In this document: one piece after another, positions 44,012 to 54,992 of the stretch
How positions within the stretch are numbered: the first letter of the stretch is position 1
Layout of the letters: every line of letters starts with the position of its first letter
DNA from: Syntrophorhabdaceae bacterium
GTDB lineage: Bacteria > Desulfobacterota > Syntrophorhabdia > Syntrophorhabdales > Syntrophorhabdaceae
Reading direction: 5' to 3'
Assembly: GCA_963665295.1 (NCBI GenBank)
Contig: OY762209.1
Location: 4,352,001 to 4,416,000 of the forward strand
Length of the DNA stretch: 64,000 bases
Notes under the pieces: generated by a model
Told to the model about the DNA's origin: nothing
The model's input: only the letters and a program-made list of their open reading frames with translations
Databases searched by the model: none
Program-made: the position numbers and the translations under genes

Positions 44012-45772
44012 GTGCGAGATAAATACTGCGGATTGGTTACAAAAGAAGACATCGGCAAGACGATCACCCTCTCCGGCTGGGTGTTTCGCAGAAGGGACCA
44101 TGGGGGCCTTATATTCGTCGATTTAAGGGATGTGAGCGGCATCGTACAGATAGTCTTCTCACCCGAAATATCCAAAGAAGCTCATGAACAGGCGGGCGAC
44201 ATCAAGCAAGAATACGTGATCACCATCACGGGCAAGGTGGACCGGCGACCCCAGGGCACGGAGAATCTCAACATACCTACCGGCGAAGTGGAATTATATG
44301 TGACTTCCTTTGAGGTACTCAACACATGCAAACCCTTGCCTTTCCAATTGGACGAAGAGGAACCGAACGAGTCGCTCAGGCTCAGGTACCGCTATCTGGA
44401 TATGCGGAGAGAAGAGGTGAAAAAGGCCTTCCTCATTAGGAGCCTTGCCTACAAAACCACCAGGGATTATCTCGCGGACAGCGGATTTTACGAATTTGAA
44501 ACCCCCATGCTTACCAAAAGCACCCCCGAAGGGGCTCGGGATTTCGTTGTGCCGAGCAGGCTCAATCCGGGAAACTTCTATGCCCTGCCCCAATCCCCGC
44601 AACTCTTCAAACAACTGCTCATGGTCGGCGGTTTTGACAGGTACTTCCAGATTGTAAGATGTTTCAGGGACGAAGACCTCAGGGCGGACAGACAGCCCGA
44701 GTTCACCCAGGTTGACATAGAGATGAGCTTTGTGGACGTTGATGACGTGATCGCCATGAGTGAGGGCCTGATAAAGTCCGTATATGAATCGGTCACCGGC
44801 GCCACTCTGGACACCCCGATCCTTCGCATGAGCTACGACGACGCGATGGAACTCTACGGGTCGGATAAGCCTGACATGCGCTTTGAACTCCTCATGACGG
44901 ACCTCACCGACATCTTCAGAGAGACCGGGTTCGGTGTCTTCAAGAAGACCGTGGAGGAAAAGGGCGCCATCAAGTCGCTGGTTTTGAAAGGCAAGACCCT
45001 TTCGAGAAAGGACCTCGACACCGCCGTGGACATCTCCAAGGAGATGGGAGCGGGTGGGCTCATATGGATGCGCAGAGACAACGAAGCGCTCCAATCGCCC
45101 ATCGTCAAATATTTGAGCGACACTGAAAAAGCGGCCATGGACGAGAAACTCGGACTTGCCGACGGCGACGTGGTCTTCATCATGGCAGGCCCCCGGAACA
45201 AGACAAATGAAATCATGGGGAGGTTCCGTCTTTATGTGGGCGAAAAATACGGCCTCGCGGCAAAGGACCTCTTCAAGTTTCTCTGGATCGTCGATTTTCC
45301 GCTCCTCGAGTACAGCGAAGATGAGAAAAGGTATATGGCAAGGCATCACCCCTTCACCTCTGCAAAAGAGAGTGTGCGCACCTTTGAGGGGGACTATGAG
45401 ACCATAAAGGCGAAGGCCTATGACCTTGTCCTGAACGGCGTCGAAATAGGCGGCGGCAGCATCAGGATATATAGAACCGACGAGCAGATGGCCATGTTCA
45501 AGCTCCTCAACATTAAAGAGGCGGAAGCCAGCGACAAGTTCGGTTTTCTTCTCGAAGCCCTGGAAATGGGCGCTCCTCCCCACGGGGGCATCGCCTTCGG
45601 CTTCGACCGGCTTCTCATGATGCTCCTCAGACTCGAAAGCATAAGGGACGTCATACCCTTCCCTAAAACCCAGAAGGGGGCGTGCCTCATGACCGGGGCG
45701 CCGTCCAGGGTGTCCGCAAAACAGTTGAATGAGCTTAAAGTAAAGGCCATCGTCGATCAGACGGGAGGATAG
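44012..45772 (+). CDS. aspS: Aspartate-tRNA ligase (probably non-discriminating)
   Basis: RRRDHGG, LPQSPQLFKQ, FRDEDLRADRQPEF, GAPPHGG. Confidence 0.97.
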   Translation: MRDKYCGLVTKEDIGKTITLSGWVFRRRDHGGLIFVDLRDVSGIVQIVFSPEISKEAHEQAGDIKQEYVITITGKVDRRPQGTENLNIPTGEVELYVTSFEVLNTCKPLPFQLDEEEPNESLRLRYRYLDMRREEVKKAFLIRSLAYKTTRDYLADSGFYEFETPMLTKSTPEGARDFVVPSRLNPGNFYALPQSPQLFKQLLMVGGFDRYFQIVRCFRDEDLRADRQPEFTQVDIEMSFVDVDDVIAMSEGLIKSVYESVTGATLDTPILRMSYDDAMELYGSDKPDMRFELLMTDLTDIFRETGFGVFKKTVEEKGAIKSLVLKGKTLSRKDLDTAVDISKEMGAGGLIWMRRDNEALQSPIVKYLSDTEKAAMDEKLGLADGDVVFIMAGPRNKTNEIMGRFRLYVGEKYGLAAKDLFKFLWIVDFPLLEYSEDEKRYMARHHPFTSAKESVRTFEGDYETIKAKAYDLVLNGVEIGGGSIRIYRTDEQMAMFKLLNIKEAEASDKFGFLLEALEMGAPPHGGIAFGFDRLLMMLLRLESIRDVIPFPKTQKGACLMTGAPSRVSAKQLNELKVKAIVDQTGG

Positions 45773-45773
45773 A

Positions 45774-47582
45774 ATGAGAAGAAAGCCGGGTTTCATCTTC
45801 AAAAACATTTCAAAGGGCACGAAATACCCTCTGATTGACGTGGAGGAACCCGAGCTTTACCGGGAAGTCTTTCCCTTTACGGAAGTATGTAAAATAAAAT
45901 TCGATCATAAAATCGAGCTTATCGATCCGCCCGAAGAGATTTACATCACGGATACCACGTTCAGGGACGGCCAGCAGTCAAGGCCGCCCTTTACTGCAGC
46001 ACAAATCGCCGACCTTTTTGACTTTCTTCACAGGCTTTCCGGGCCCAAGGGCGTCATCAGGCAGAGTGAATTCTTCGTCTATACCGATAAGGACCGGGAT
46101 GCTCTCGACAGATGCCGTGAACGGGGGTACCGTTACCCTGAAATCACGGGATGGATAAGGGCAAAAAAGGAAGATTTGCAGATTGCAAAAGATCTCGGCC
46201 TCAAAGAGGTAGGAATCCTCACCAGTTGCTCTGACTACCATATCTTTCTCAAACTGAAAAAGACGCGTTCCCAGGCATTGGAAGACTACGTGGGGATCGT
46301 CGAAAGCGCTCTCGACTACGGGATTATACCCAGGTGCCATTTCGAGGATGTCACAAGGGCCGACATATACGGGTTCTGCGTGCCCTTTGCCCAGAGGCTC
46401 ATGCGTATCGCGGACGAGACGAAAATCCCCATCAGGATAAGATTATGCGACACCCTTGGCGTCGGCGTCACCTACCCCGGGGCAGCGCTCCCCAGATCCA
46501 TCGGAAAGCTCATAAGGGCCATGATCGACGATGCAGGGGTCCCTTCCGAGTGGCTTGAATGGCATGGCCACAACGATTTCAATAAGGTGGTGGTCAACAG
46601 CGTCAGTTCCTGGCTCTATGGATGCGCTTATGTAAACGGCACGCTCCTCGGAATCGGTGAGAGGACCGGAAACGCTCCTATCGAGGGTCTTATAATGGAA
46701 TACATAAGTCTCACCGGCGATACCAACGGCATGGACACCCAGGTGATTACCGAGGTCCGGAACTATTTCGAAAAAGAACTGGGACACCTCATTCCGAGAA
46801 ACCAGCCCTTCATAGGAGTAGATTTCAACGCCACGTCGGCAGGCGTCCACATAGACGGCATAATCAAGAATGAGGAAATATACATCCCCTTCGATACGGA
46901 CAGGATACTCAACAGACCCCTGACCATAAATATCACCGATAAATCGGGTCTCGCAGGCATCGCCCACTGGATAAACTCACACTTTGCCCTCGTGGGAAAG
47001 GACAGGATCGAAAAAACCGATCCAGGGGTGGCAAAGATAAACAAGTGGATACTGAAACAGTACGACGAAGGCCGCGTGACCGCGATTTCAGACAACGAGA
47101 TCGAGCACCTCGTGCGAAGGTATGTCCCGGGAATATTCGTATCCGAGTTCGAACTTCTCAAGAAGCGCGCCTACGATATGGCAGCTCACCTCATAGAGAA
47201 GTATATCGAAGACTCTGCCGTCAAGACCATGGTTCCGGAGAAACAGGAAGAAGTCCTTATGAATATCGTCGAGGAACACCCGTACATTCAGTTCGCCTAC
47301 ATCGTGGACCGCCAGGGCATAAAGATTACGAAGAATATCAACCAGGTAATCGACCGCGCCAAGTACCACAAGATAGGGCTCCACGAAGATTTCTCCGACA
47401 GGGACTGGTTTATCAATCCCATCTCCAATGGGAAGATCAGTGTCACGAGCCTTTATTCATCGAGGATCACCGGAGCCCTGTGTGTCACCGTCTCCGGCCC
47501 CATCAGGGATGAGGTAGGCGAGATCGTGGGGGTGCTGGGATTAGACATAAAATTTGAAGATCTCACGAAGGCTGAGGAGTAG
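45774..47582 (+). CDS. Re-citrate synthase-like DRE-TIM enzyme with C-terminal Cache/PDC-like domain
   Basis: [42 protein letters not shown]-terminal DRDWF...[17 protein letters not shown]...GVLGLDI. Confidence 0.75.
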   Translation: MRRKPGFIFKNISKGTKYPLIDVEEPELYREVFPFTEVCKIKFDHKIELIDPPEEIYITDTTFRDGQQSRPPFTAAQIADLFDFLHRLSGPKGVIRQSEFFVYTDKDRDALDRCRERGYRYPEITGWIRAKKEDLQIAKDLGLKEVGILTSCSDYHIFLKLKKTRSQALEDYVGIVESALDYGIIPRCHFEDVTRADIYGFCVPFAQRLMRIADETKIPIRIRLCDTLGVGVTYPGAALPRSIGKLIRAMIDDAGVPSEWLEWHGHNDFNKVVVNSVSSWLYGCAYVNGTLLGIGERTGNAPIEGLIMEYISLTGDTNGMDTQVITEVRNYFEKELGHLIPRNQPFIGVDFNATSAGVHIDGIIKNEEIYIPFDTDRILNRPLTINITDKSGLAGIAHWINSHFALVGKDRIEKTDPGVAKINKWILKQYDEGRVTAISDNEIEHLVRRYVPGIFVSEFELLKKRAYDMAAHLIEKYIEDSAVKTMVPEKQEEVLMNIVEEHPYIQFAYIVDRQGIKITKNINQVIDRAKYHKIGLHEDFSDRDWFINPISNGKISVTSLYSSRITGALCVTVSGPIRDEVGEIVGVLGLDIKFEDLTKAEE

Positions 47583-47592
47583 AGACAGGCAA

Positions 47593-48885
47593 ATGGGCAA
47601 AACGATAGCCGAGAAAATACTGAGCATGAATACAGGGGCGGATGTGCGCCAGGGTGACTACGCGATAGTAAACGTGGACAGGATACTCCTTCAGGACGGC
47701 ACTGCTCCTCTTGCGATAAAGAGATTCGAGTCAATGGGATTCAAATCCCTTTTCAACGGAATGGCGGTCACCTTCTTCATAGACCACGGGTCCCCAAGTC
47801 CCAGGATGGAGCTTTCCAACGATCAGGTCGCCATACGGCGCTTTGCCGCTTCCCATGGCGCTGTCGTAAGTGAAGTGGGAGAAGGAATATGCCACCAGGT
47901 GATGGCGGAGTATATGCTTTCCCCGGGCCAGGTGCTTGTGGGATCGGATTCGCATACATGCACGGGAGGCGCCCTGGGCGCTTTTTCCACTGGAATGGGG
48001 TCCACGGACATTGCGGCCGCCATGGGCCTCGGAAAGACATGGATGAGGGTGCCGGAGAGTTTCAAATTCGAGATCAAAGGTCATTTTTCCGCGGGCGTTT
48101 CCGTAAAGGACCTTATCATCAGGATTATCGGGATGATAACCGCTGATGGGGCCACCTACAAATCCATCGAGTTCGTGGGAGACACGGTAAACCACCTCGA
48201 TGTGGAAGACAGAATGACCATGTCCAATATGGCGGTGGAAGCAGGGGCAAAGTGCGGCCTCTTCCCCTCGGATATTATGACCTTCCTCTACCTTAAACGA
48301 ATGAGAAGGGAGAAATCCTATCTTGAAATAGGACCGGATCAGGACGCGCGCTATGAAAAGGCCTTCGAGATAGATGTGAAAGGTCTCACACCCATGATAA
48401 GCCTTCCCCATCAGGTTGACAACGTGGTGAGCGTCACCGACGACCGGGCGAAAGGGTTGGTTGTCGATCAGGTCTTCATCGGTTCGTGCACCAACGGGAG
48501 GATAGAGGACCTGAGAACGGCCGCGCTCATACTGCGAGGTCGCCGCAAGGCCAAAAATGTGAGGCTCCTGGTCTGTCCCGCTTCGAGGACCGTGTACTAC
48601 CGGGCCCTCCATGAAGGCATTATAGCAGCCCTCTTCGAGGCGGGAGCCACAATACTTCCGCCGGGGTGCGGTCCGTGCATAGGACTCCACCAGGGCGTGC
48701 TCGGCGATGGCGAGTTGTGCGTTTCCACGTCAAACAGAAACTTTCTCGGGAGAATGGGCAACCCCGAATCCCGGATCATTCTTGCCTCGCCCGCGACTGC
48801 CGCAGCCACCGCTTTAAAAGGAAAACTGACAGACCCCAGGGAGGTTCTTGATGATTATAACGGGAAGGGCATGGAAGTTTGGTGA
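47593..48885 (+). CDS. LeuC/HacA-type aconitase-family large subunit
   Basis: [39 protein letters not shown]. Confidence 0.9.
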   Translation: MGKTIAEKILSMNTGADVRQGDYAIVNVDRILLQDGTAPLAIKRFESMGFKSLFNGMAVTFFIDHGSPSPRMELSNDQVAIRRFAASHGAVVSEVGEGICHQVMAEYMLSPGQVLVGSDSHTCTGGALGAFSTGMGSTDIAAAMGLGKTWMRVPESFKFEIKGHFSAGVSVKDLIIRIIGMITADGATYKSIEFVGDTVNHLDVEDRMTMSNMAVEAGAKCGLFPSDIMTFLYLKRMRREKSYLEIGPDQDARYEKAFEIDVKGLTPMISLPHQVDNVVSVTDDRAKGLVVDQVFIGSCTNGRIEDLRTAALILRGRRKAKNVRLLVCPASRTVYYRALHEGIIAALFEAGATILPPGCGPCIGLHQGVLGDGELCVSTSNRNFLGRMGNPESRIILASPATAAATALKGKLTDPREVLDDYNGKGMEVW

Positions 48886-49348
48886 CAATATTTCCACTGA
48901 CCATATAACACCGGGAAGGTTCTACCACTTGAGGTCGAACCTCGACGAACTGACGAAGCATCTCTTCGAAGACATAGCCCCCGGGTTCCACGAAAAGATC
49001 CGCAAGGGCGATATTATAGTGGGCGGTGTGAACTTCGGTCTCGGATCAAGCAGGGAACATGCGCCCCTCATCATAAAGATGGCAGGAATCGACGCCATCG
49101 TGGCTCGTTCCTTTGCACGAATCTTTTACAGAAATGCGATCAACGTGGGACTTGCCGCCATTATCTGTGATGTCAATGGCATAGACGAAGGAGATACTCT
49201 CGAAATAAGGGTAAATGAAGGCATTCTCACGAACAAGACCAAGGAAGAGGAAAAGAGATTCGCCCCCCTTCCGGCAATCATGAGGAACATACTCGAAGAG
49301 GGTGGGCTGGACCACTACATAAGGAAGCATGGTGAGCTTAAGCTATGA
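48851..49348 (+). CDS. LeuD/HacB-type small (swivel) subunit
   Basis: [33 protein letters not shown]. Confidence 0.9.
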   Translation: MIITGRAWKFGDNISTDHITPGRFYHLRSNLDELTKHLFEDIAPGFHEKIRKGDIIVGGVNFGLGSSREHAPLIIKMAGIDAIVARSFARIFYRNAINVGLAAIICDVNGIDEGDTLEIRVNEGILTNKTKEEEKRFAPLPAIMRNILEEGGLDHYIRKHGELKL

Positions 49349-50499
49349 GCGAAATTATCGAAATCCCCTATATTGAAGGCGACGGCGCGGGTGAAGATAT
49401 CTGGAGCGCTTCCCGTGAGGTCCTTGAAGAGGCGGTCATCGCGGCCTACGGCGGTGAGAAGCGAGTCTCATGGATCCCCCTTCTTGCAGGACAGAAAGCA
49501 CTTGATCGGGACGGTACGCTCCTCGCTCCCGCCACCGTAGAGGAGATAAGAAAGCACCGGATAGCCCTCAAGGGCCCCCTCACTACCCCGGTAGGAGGCG
49601 GCTTCAGGAGCATAAACGTCTATCTCAGGCAGGTTTTTGACCTTTACGTCTGCATGAGGCCTATCAGGCATTTCAAGGGACTGCCGAGCCCTCTCAAAAC
49701 GCCGGAGAAGGTGAACCTGCTGATACTGAGGGAGAACACGGAGGACCTTTACAGGGGAATAGAGTGGAGAGCGGGCACCGACGAGGCCCGGGCGCTTCTC
49801 GCGTTTCTGAAGGAGACCATGAAGGTGACTCTTTCCGACGATACTGCCCTCGGTATCAAGCCGATCAGCAGGACCGGGACAAGAAGGTTCACGAAATGGG
49901 CCATAAACTATGCGATTGCGAACAACCGCCGTTCCATCACGGTGGTCCACAAGGGCAACATCATGAAATTCACCGAAGGAGGATTCAAAGACTGGGCCTA
50001 CGAGGTGGCCCGGGAGTTTCCCTCTTCCATCACTTTCGACAACGAGGAAGGAAAGATATCCTTCAACGACCGGATTGCGGACAATATGTTCATGCAGGCT
50101 ATACTGAGGCCCGAGGATTATGATATATTACTATGTCCCAATCTGAACGGCGATTACCTCTCAGACGCGTGCGCCGCGCTGATAGGGGGACTCGGTGTGG
50201 CTCCCGGGGCCAACATAGGCGATCACGTCGCCATCTTCGAACCGACCCACGGAAGCGCGCCGAAGTATACGGGCAGGGACATGATCAACCCCACGTCTTT
50301 TCTCCTCTCCGGGGCCATGATGTTCCGTTACATGGGACTCGACAGGGCTTCATCGCTCCTCGGGGACGCAATTGAGGAGACCATCCGGGATGGGATCATG
50401 ACTTACGATCTCGCCCGCCAGGCGGAAGGGGTGAGTCCGGTGGCATGCAGCACATTCGGCGCCCAGGTCGCAAAGAGAATAACGCGTACCGGCCTTTAG
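49345..50499 (+). CDS. icd: Isocitrate dehydrogenase (NADP-type)
   Basis: IEGDG, KGPLTTPVGGGFRSINV, RENTEDLY, VHKGNIMKFTEG, NLNGDYLSD, HGSAPKY. Confidence 0.9.
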   Translation: MSEIIEIPYIEGDGAGEDIWSASREVLEEAVIAAYGGEKRVSWIPLLAGQKALDRDGTLLAPATVEEIRKHRIALKGPLTTPVGGGFRSINVYLRQVFDLYVCMRPIRHFKGLPSPLKTPEKVNLLILRENTEDLYRGIEWRAGTDEARALLAFLKETMKVTLSDDTALGIKPISRTGTRRFTKWAINYAIANNRRSITVVHKGNIMKFTEGGFKDWAYEVAREFPSSITFDNEEGKISFNDRIADNMFMQAILRPEDYDILLCPNLNGDYLSDACAALIGGLGVAPGANIGDHVAIFEPTHGSAPKYTGRDMINPTSFLLSGAMMFRYMGLDRASSLLGDAIEETIRDGIMTYDLARQAEGVSPVACSTFGAQVAKRITRTGL

Positions 50500-50684
50500 A
50501 CCGCCTACGCACGATACGGCAGAGGTGCCCGGGGAGATTCCATCCGAACCGGAGAAACACGGCTCCAGGCAGGAACGGGATAACGACGCGAACCAATAAC
50601 ACCCCTTTTGCAGGGTTACACATCAGGGGGTGGTTTAAACCGCTATGACGGCGGCAATGAAAATCACACGGGAAGGAAAGACCT

Positions 50685-51804
50685 ATGATACAAGACGACA
50701 TTAAAAGCAAGATCGACGAGTTGATTGAACGAATGACCTCTCTCAGAGGTTATCTTTGACCTCCCCAAAATAACGGCACAAATCCGACAACTGGATGCCG
50801 GTATAGGCACCAAGGAATTCTGGGACGACCAGGAAAAGGCCCAGCAGGTTCTCAGGGAAAGATCCAGACTCCAGGAAGAGATAGACCGATGGACAAAGAA
50901 GGAGAAGGATCTGGAAGAGATCCTCATCCTCACGGAGATGGTGCGGGAAACAGAAGACCCCGATGACCTTCAAGAACTCCTTTCCGCGGTCACCACCCTC
51001 GACGATTCCCTCGGCAGCTATGAAATGGAGAGGATGCTCGGTGGGGAGAATGACCAGGGAAACGCCATCATCTATATAAACGCCGGCGCCGGAGGTACGG
51101 AGGCCCAGGACTGGGCGGAAATGTTGTTCAGGATGTACTTGAAATGGGCTGAGAGGAAGAAGTTCGAAACCCAGGTGGTGGACATGCTCCAGGGCGAGGA
51201 AGCGGGCATCAAGAGCGCCACATTCCTCCTCAAAGGACCTTACGCATACGGCTACATGAAATGCGAGGTGGGTATTCACAGACTTGTCCGTGTGTCGCCC
51301 TTCGACGCGAACAACAGGCGTCATACCTCCTTTGCCTCCGTGTACGCCTATCCTGAACTGCCTGAGGACATCCCCGTAGACATACGGGAGGAAGACCTGC
51401 GGGTGGACACCTTCCGCTCCAGCGGACCCGGAGGGCAACACGTGAACAGGACGGAATCCGCCATCAGGATCACCCACCTGCCCACCGGCATCGTGGTCCA
51501 GTGCCAGAACGAGCGCTCCCAGCACAAGAACCGGGCTATCGCCATGGCCATATTAAAATCAAGAATATACGAACTTGAGAAGAAGAAGCAGGAAGAGAAG
51601 ATGAACACCTTGAACAAAGAGAAGAAGGACATCTCCTGGGGAAGTCAGATTCGATCCTATATACTGCATCCCTATAAGCTGATCAAGGACCACAGGACTA
51701 AAACGGAGATGCATAACGCCGAGGCAGTGCTCGATGGAGACATCGATGCCTTCATCAAAGCGTGCCTTTTATACTTGACTTTTGAGCAAAAAAACGATAA
51801 TTAA
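50685..51804 (+). CDS. prfB: Peptide chain release factor 2 with programmed +1 frameshift
   Basis: 24 codons from ATG 50685 to AGAGGT-TAT-CTT-TGA-C (CTT 50754-50756); +1 frame holds SPF and GGQ. Confidence 0.96.
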
Positions 51805-51810
51805 TCACCT

Positions 51811-52044
51811 ATGGAACTATTCAGCGAGACAAGAATAATCGAGTTAGAAGAGAAGATCGACAACCTCATCGGCAACTATCTGGCCCTGAAAGAAGAGCAT
51901 CGACAAACGTTGGAAAAGCTTGCGTCCGTTGAGACCGAGAACACGGATCTCAGGGACAAAGTTAATACGGTTAGGACCGAACGGGAATTGATAATCGAAA
52001 AGGTCACAAAGCTGCTTGAGAAGGTTGAAAAAGTAGAAGCCTGA
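51811..52044 (+). CDS. zapB: ZapB-like coiled-coil cell division protein
   Basis: 77-aa heptad pattern directly before zapA-ssrS. Confidence 0.65.
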   Translation: MELFSETRIIELEEKIDNLIGNYLALKEEHRQTLEKLASVETENTDLRDKVNTVRTERELIIEKVTKLLEKVEKVEA

Positions 52045-52064
52045 AGGCTTACTTAAAGGTGTAG

Positions 52065-52325
52065 ATGGAGAAAAAGGTTGAGGTTAGGATACTAAATCAA
52101 CCGTTCACCTTTATAGGCGAAGACGAAGAAAGGATCAAGAAAGTTGCGGGTTTCGTCGACGGTAAGGTCAGGCTTGTACTCGACAATTATGGTATAGTTA
52201 ATACTATAAATGCGGTCATAATGGCGATGATGGAGCTTTCCGACGAGTATCTGGTCATAAAGGAGCAGGCGGAGAAGGTTGAAGGCAGAACGCTCCGGCT
52301 CCTAAAAAAGATAGAAGGGATTTGA
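52065..52325 (+). CDS. zapA: Cell division protein ZapA
   Basis: VEVRILNQPF, KVAGFVD, MAMMELSDE; adjacent to 6S RNA. Confidence 0.8.
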   Translation: MEKKVEVRILNQPFTFIGEDEERIKKVAGFVDGKVRLVLDNYGIVNTINAVIMAMMELSDEYLVIKEQAEKVEGRTLRLLKKIEGI

Positions 52326-52327
52326 GG

Positions 52328-52500
52328 TTCCCTGCGATGCTCGTGATAAATGGTAGACTTAGAACCAACACCTCTTTATCGGGGGCTTTGTCCTGCTACG
52401 GTGTGCATGCTCGCCTCGGCGAGACGCCTAATGTAGCAAAATAGCACCCACATTTATGAGAGGTTCAAGTTTCTATTGTTTACACGGCATTGCGGGGGTT
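52328..52500 (+). ncRNA. ssrS: 6S RNA
   Basis: 5' CCCTGCGATGC..CGTG pairs with 3' CACGGCATTGCGGGG; inner GAACC/GGTTC; canonical position after zapA. Confidence 0.85.
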
Positions 52501-52663
52501 TTGATAGATTAGGGGTAGTTGTTGAGGAAACAGGGGTTTTGACATAAATACCTTAATGTTATTTGGAGGTAAGGAATAGCCTTAAGAGATACATAAAAAA
52601 AGAGAAGGATGTACTGGTTCCTCACCAGACTGACCCCCTACATGTTATACATAAGGGGGTATT

Positions 52664-54220
52664 TTGGATATACATATAATATTGCCAATCGTTTGTTTCG
52701 TCGCAGCTCTGCTCCTCGGGTTTGTGCTGGCCCGCTTTGTCCAGAAAAAGAAAATAGGCGAGTACGAAAAGATCGGGAAGAAGATTCTGGACGATGCCAA
52801 GAAAGAGGCGGACGTCCTGACCAGAGAAGCTTCGATCCAGGCAAAAGATATCGTCATCAAGGCAAATAATGAGATTGAGCAGGAAGTAAAAACCCGCAGA
52901 CTGGAACTTCAGAACTCCGAAAGGAGGCTTTCACAAAAAGAGTCGGGCCTCGACAAGAAACTTGAAAGTCTGGACAAGAAAGAAGATGAGCTTGCAAAAA
53001 AGGACCGTGACCTCATCCAGAAGCAAGTTCAGCTCGATGCCAAGGGGAAAGAGTATGACGACCTCCTGGTGAAGGGGAGAGAACAGCTGGAGAAGGTATC
53101 GGGTCTTACTGCCGAAGAAGCGAAAAAGGTCCTCATGCAGATGATGGAAGACGAGGCCAAGTATGAGGCGGTCAAGATCTGCAAGAGAATAGAAGAGGAA
53201 GCAAAAGAAAGATCGGACAAGAAAGCCAAGGAGATTATCGCCCTTGCCATTCAGAGATATGCGGGAGATTACGTCGGCGAAGATACGGTCTCGGCCGTCA
53301 CCCTGCCCAACGAAGAGATGAAGGGTCGGATCATCGGCAGAGAAGGTCGGAATATCAGAGCACTCGAGGCAGCCACCGGTGTTGACATTATCATCGACGA
53401 TACACCAGAGGCGGTTATCCTTTCCTGCTTTAACCCCATTCGGAGAGAAGTTGCGAGGATAGCAATCGAGCGTCTCATAAGCGACGGCAGGATCCATCCC
53501 GCCCGGATCGAGGAGATTGTCTCCAAAGTCGCAGAGGAGATGGAAAACAAGACCAAAGAGGCCGGGGAACAGGCGGTCTTTGATCTTGGCGTCCACAACG
53601 TCCACCCCGAACTGGTAAAACTCCTCGGACGGCTGAAGTTCAGGAGCAGTTACGCCCAGAACATCTATCAGCACTCTTTGGAAGTGGCTTTCATTTGCGG
53701 CGTCATCGCCGCCGAACTCAAGGCGAACGTCAAGGAGGCAAAGAGGGCCGGTCTCCTCCATGACATCGGAAAGGCCGTGGATCACGAGATAGAAGGCTCC
53801 CATGCGTCGATAGGAGCGGATCTCGCAAAGAAATACGGTGAACCCGAAGAAATCGTCCATTCCATTCTCGCCCATCATGAAGACGTGCCCGCCGCAGGTC
53901 TCCTGGACGTCATAGTCCAGGCTGCAGACGCCCTCTCGGGCGCACGGCCCGGAGCACGAAGAGAGATGCTCGAGACTTACATCAAGAGACTTGAAGAACT
54001 TGAGCGCATTGCGAATGGTTTTACCGGCGTTGAAAAGTCCTATGCAATCCAGGCAGGAAGGGAGATCAGGATCGTGGTCAACAGCGAACGGATCACTGAC
54101 GACACCACCTACAGCCTGTCAAAGGATATCGCGCGGAAGATAGAAACGGAACTCTCATATCCCGGACAGATCAAAATAGTCGTAATACGAGAGACAAGAG
54201 CTGTAGAATATGCCAAGTGA
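52664..54220 (+). CDS. rny: Ribonuclease Y
   Basis: N-terminal TM, coiled coil, KH ([12 protein letters not shown]), HD (LLHDIGK). Confidence 0.97.
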   Translation: MDIHIILPIVCFVAALLLGFVLARFVQKKKIGEYEKIGKKILDDAKKEADVLTREASIQAKDIVIKANNEIEQEVKTRRLELQNSERRLSQKESGLDKKLESLDKKEDELAKKDRDLIQKQVQLDAKGKEYDDLLVKGREQLEKVSGLTAEEAKKVLMQMMEDEAKYEAVKICKRIEEEAKERSDKKAKEIIALAIQRYAGDYVGEDTVSAVTLPNEEMKGRIIGREGRNIRALEAATGVDIIIDDTPEAVILSCFNPIRREVARIAIERLISDGRIHPARIEEIVSKVAEEMENKTKEAGEQAVFDLGVHNVHPELVKLLGRLKFRSSYAQNIYQHSLEVAFICGVIAAELKANVKEAKRAGLLHDIGKAVDHEIEGSHASIGADLAKKYGEPEEIVHSILAHHEDVPAAGLLDVIVQAADALSGARPGARREMLETYIKRLEELERIANGFTGVEKSYAIQAGREIRIVVNSERITDDTTYSLSKDIARKIETELSYPGQIKIVVIRETRAVEYAK

Positions 54221-54983
54221 GATAAGAGTCCTCTTTCTTGGCGACGTCATAGGGAAACCCGGGCGGAAGGCGGCGGAGCATTTTATCAAGACCGTTGACG
54301 CGGATTTCAAGGTCATAAACGGTGAAAATCTCGCAGGCGGGATCGGCATCACTCCTGCCGTGGCGATCGAGATGCTCTCTTCCGGCGTCGATATCATCAC
54401 CACCGGGAACCACATATGGAAAAAGAGGGATATCGCTCCTTTCCTCATGGAGGAACACAGGGTGATCCGCCCCCTCAACTACCCTCCGGGCACGCCCGGC
54501 TTCGGCCACGTCATCCTCAAGAAAGGAAACAAGGCCTTGCGTGTCGCGAACATCGAAGGTCGTGTTTTCATGAACCCCCTTGACTGCCCTTTCCGGGCAA
54601 TGGAGGGACTCATCGCCCACATGGACAAATCAATCCCCCTTATTGTCGATTTTCATGCGGAAGCCACATCCGAAAAGATAGCCATGGGCTGGTTTCTCGA
54701 CGGCGGCGCTGCGGCCATGTTCGGCACCCATACGCACGTCCAGACAGCCGATGAGAGAATCCTCCCCAAAGGCATGGGATATATCACCGACGCAGGCATG
54801 ACCGGTCCCGCCGACTCCGTCATAGGCATGGAAAAGAGCGGCATTCTCGAAAAATTTGTCACCCAGATGCCTCAGAGATTCGAAGTGGGCAGGGATGATG
54901 TTGAAATACAGGGGGTCATCGTCACCCTTGAAGCTACCGGTAACCGGTGCATCAAGATAGAGAGAATAAAAGAGAAGGCCTGA
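54210..54983 (+). CDS. ymdB: YmdB-family metallophosphoesterase
   Basis: [28 protein letters not shown]; follows rny. Confidence 0.92.
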   Translation: MPSEIRVLFLGDVIGKPGRKAAEHFIKTVDADFKVINGENLAGGIGITPAVAIEMLSSGVDIITTGNHIWKKRDIAPFLMEEHRVIRPLNYPPGTPGFGHVILKKGNKALRVANIEGRVFMNPLDCPFRAMEGLIAHMDKSIPLIVDFHAEATSEKIAMGWFLDGGAAAMFGTHTHVQTADERILPKGMGYITDAGMTGPADSVIGMEKSGILEKFVTQMPQRFEVGRDDVEIQGVIVTLEATGNRCIKIERIKEKA

Positions 54984-54992
54984 AGCTGAAGA

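Noticed and set aside
44294..45820. 508-aa minus-strand ORF and similar long antisense ORFs (for example 47731-48690, 52931-53878, 14988-15767)
   Set aside because: Antisense shadows of well-supported genes with no recognisable motifs
45774..50499. Leucine biosynthesis operon leuA-leuC-leuD-leuB
   Set aside because: The dehydrogenase has Icd motifs, and the synthase has RDGQQ/SDYHIF Re-citrate-synthase features without the LeuA regulatory domain
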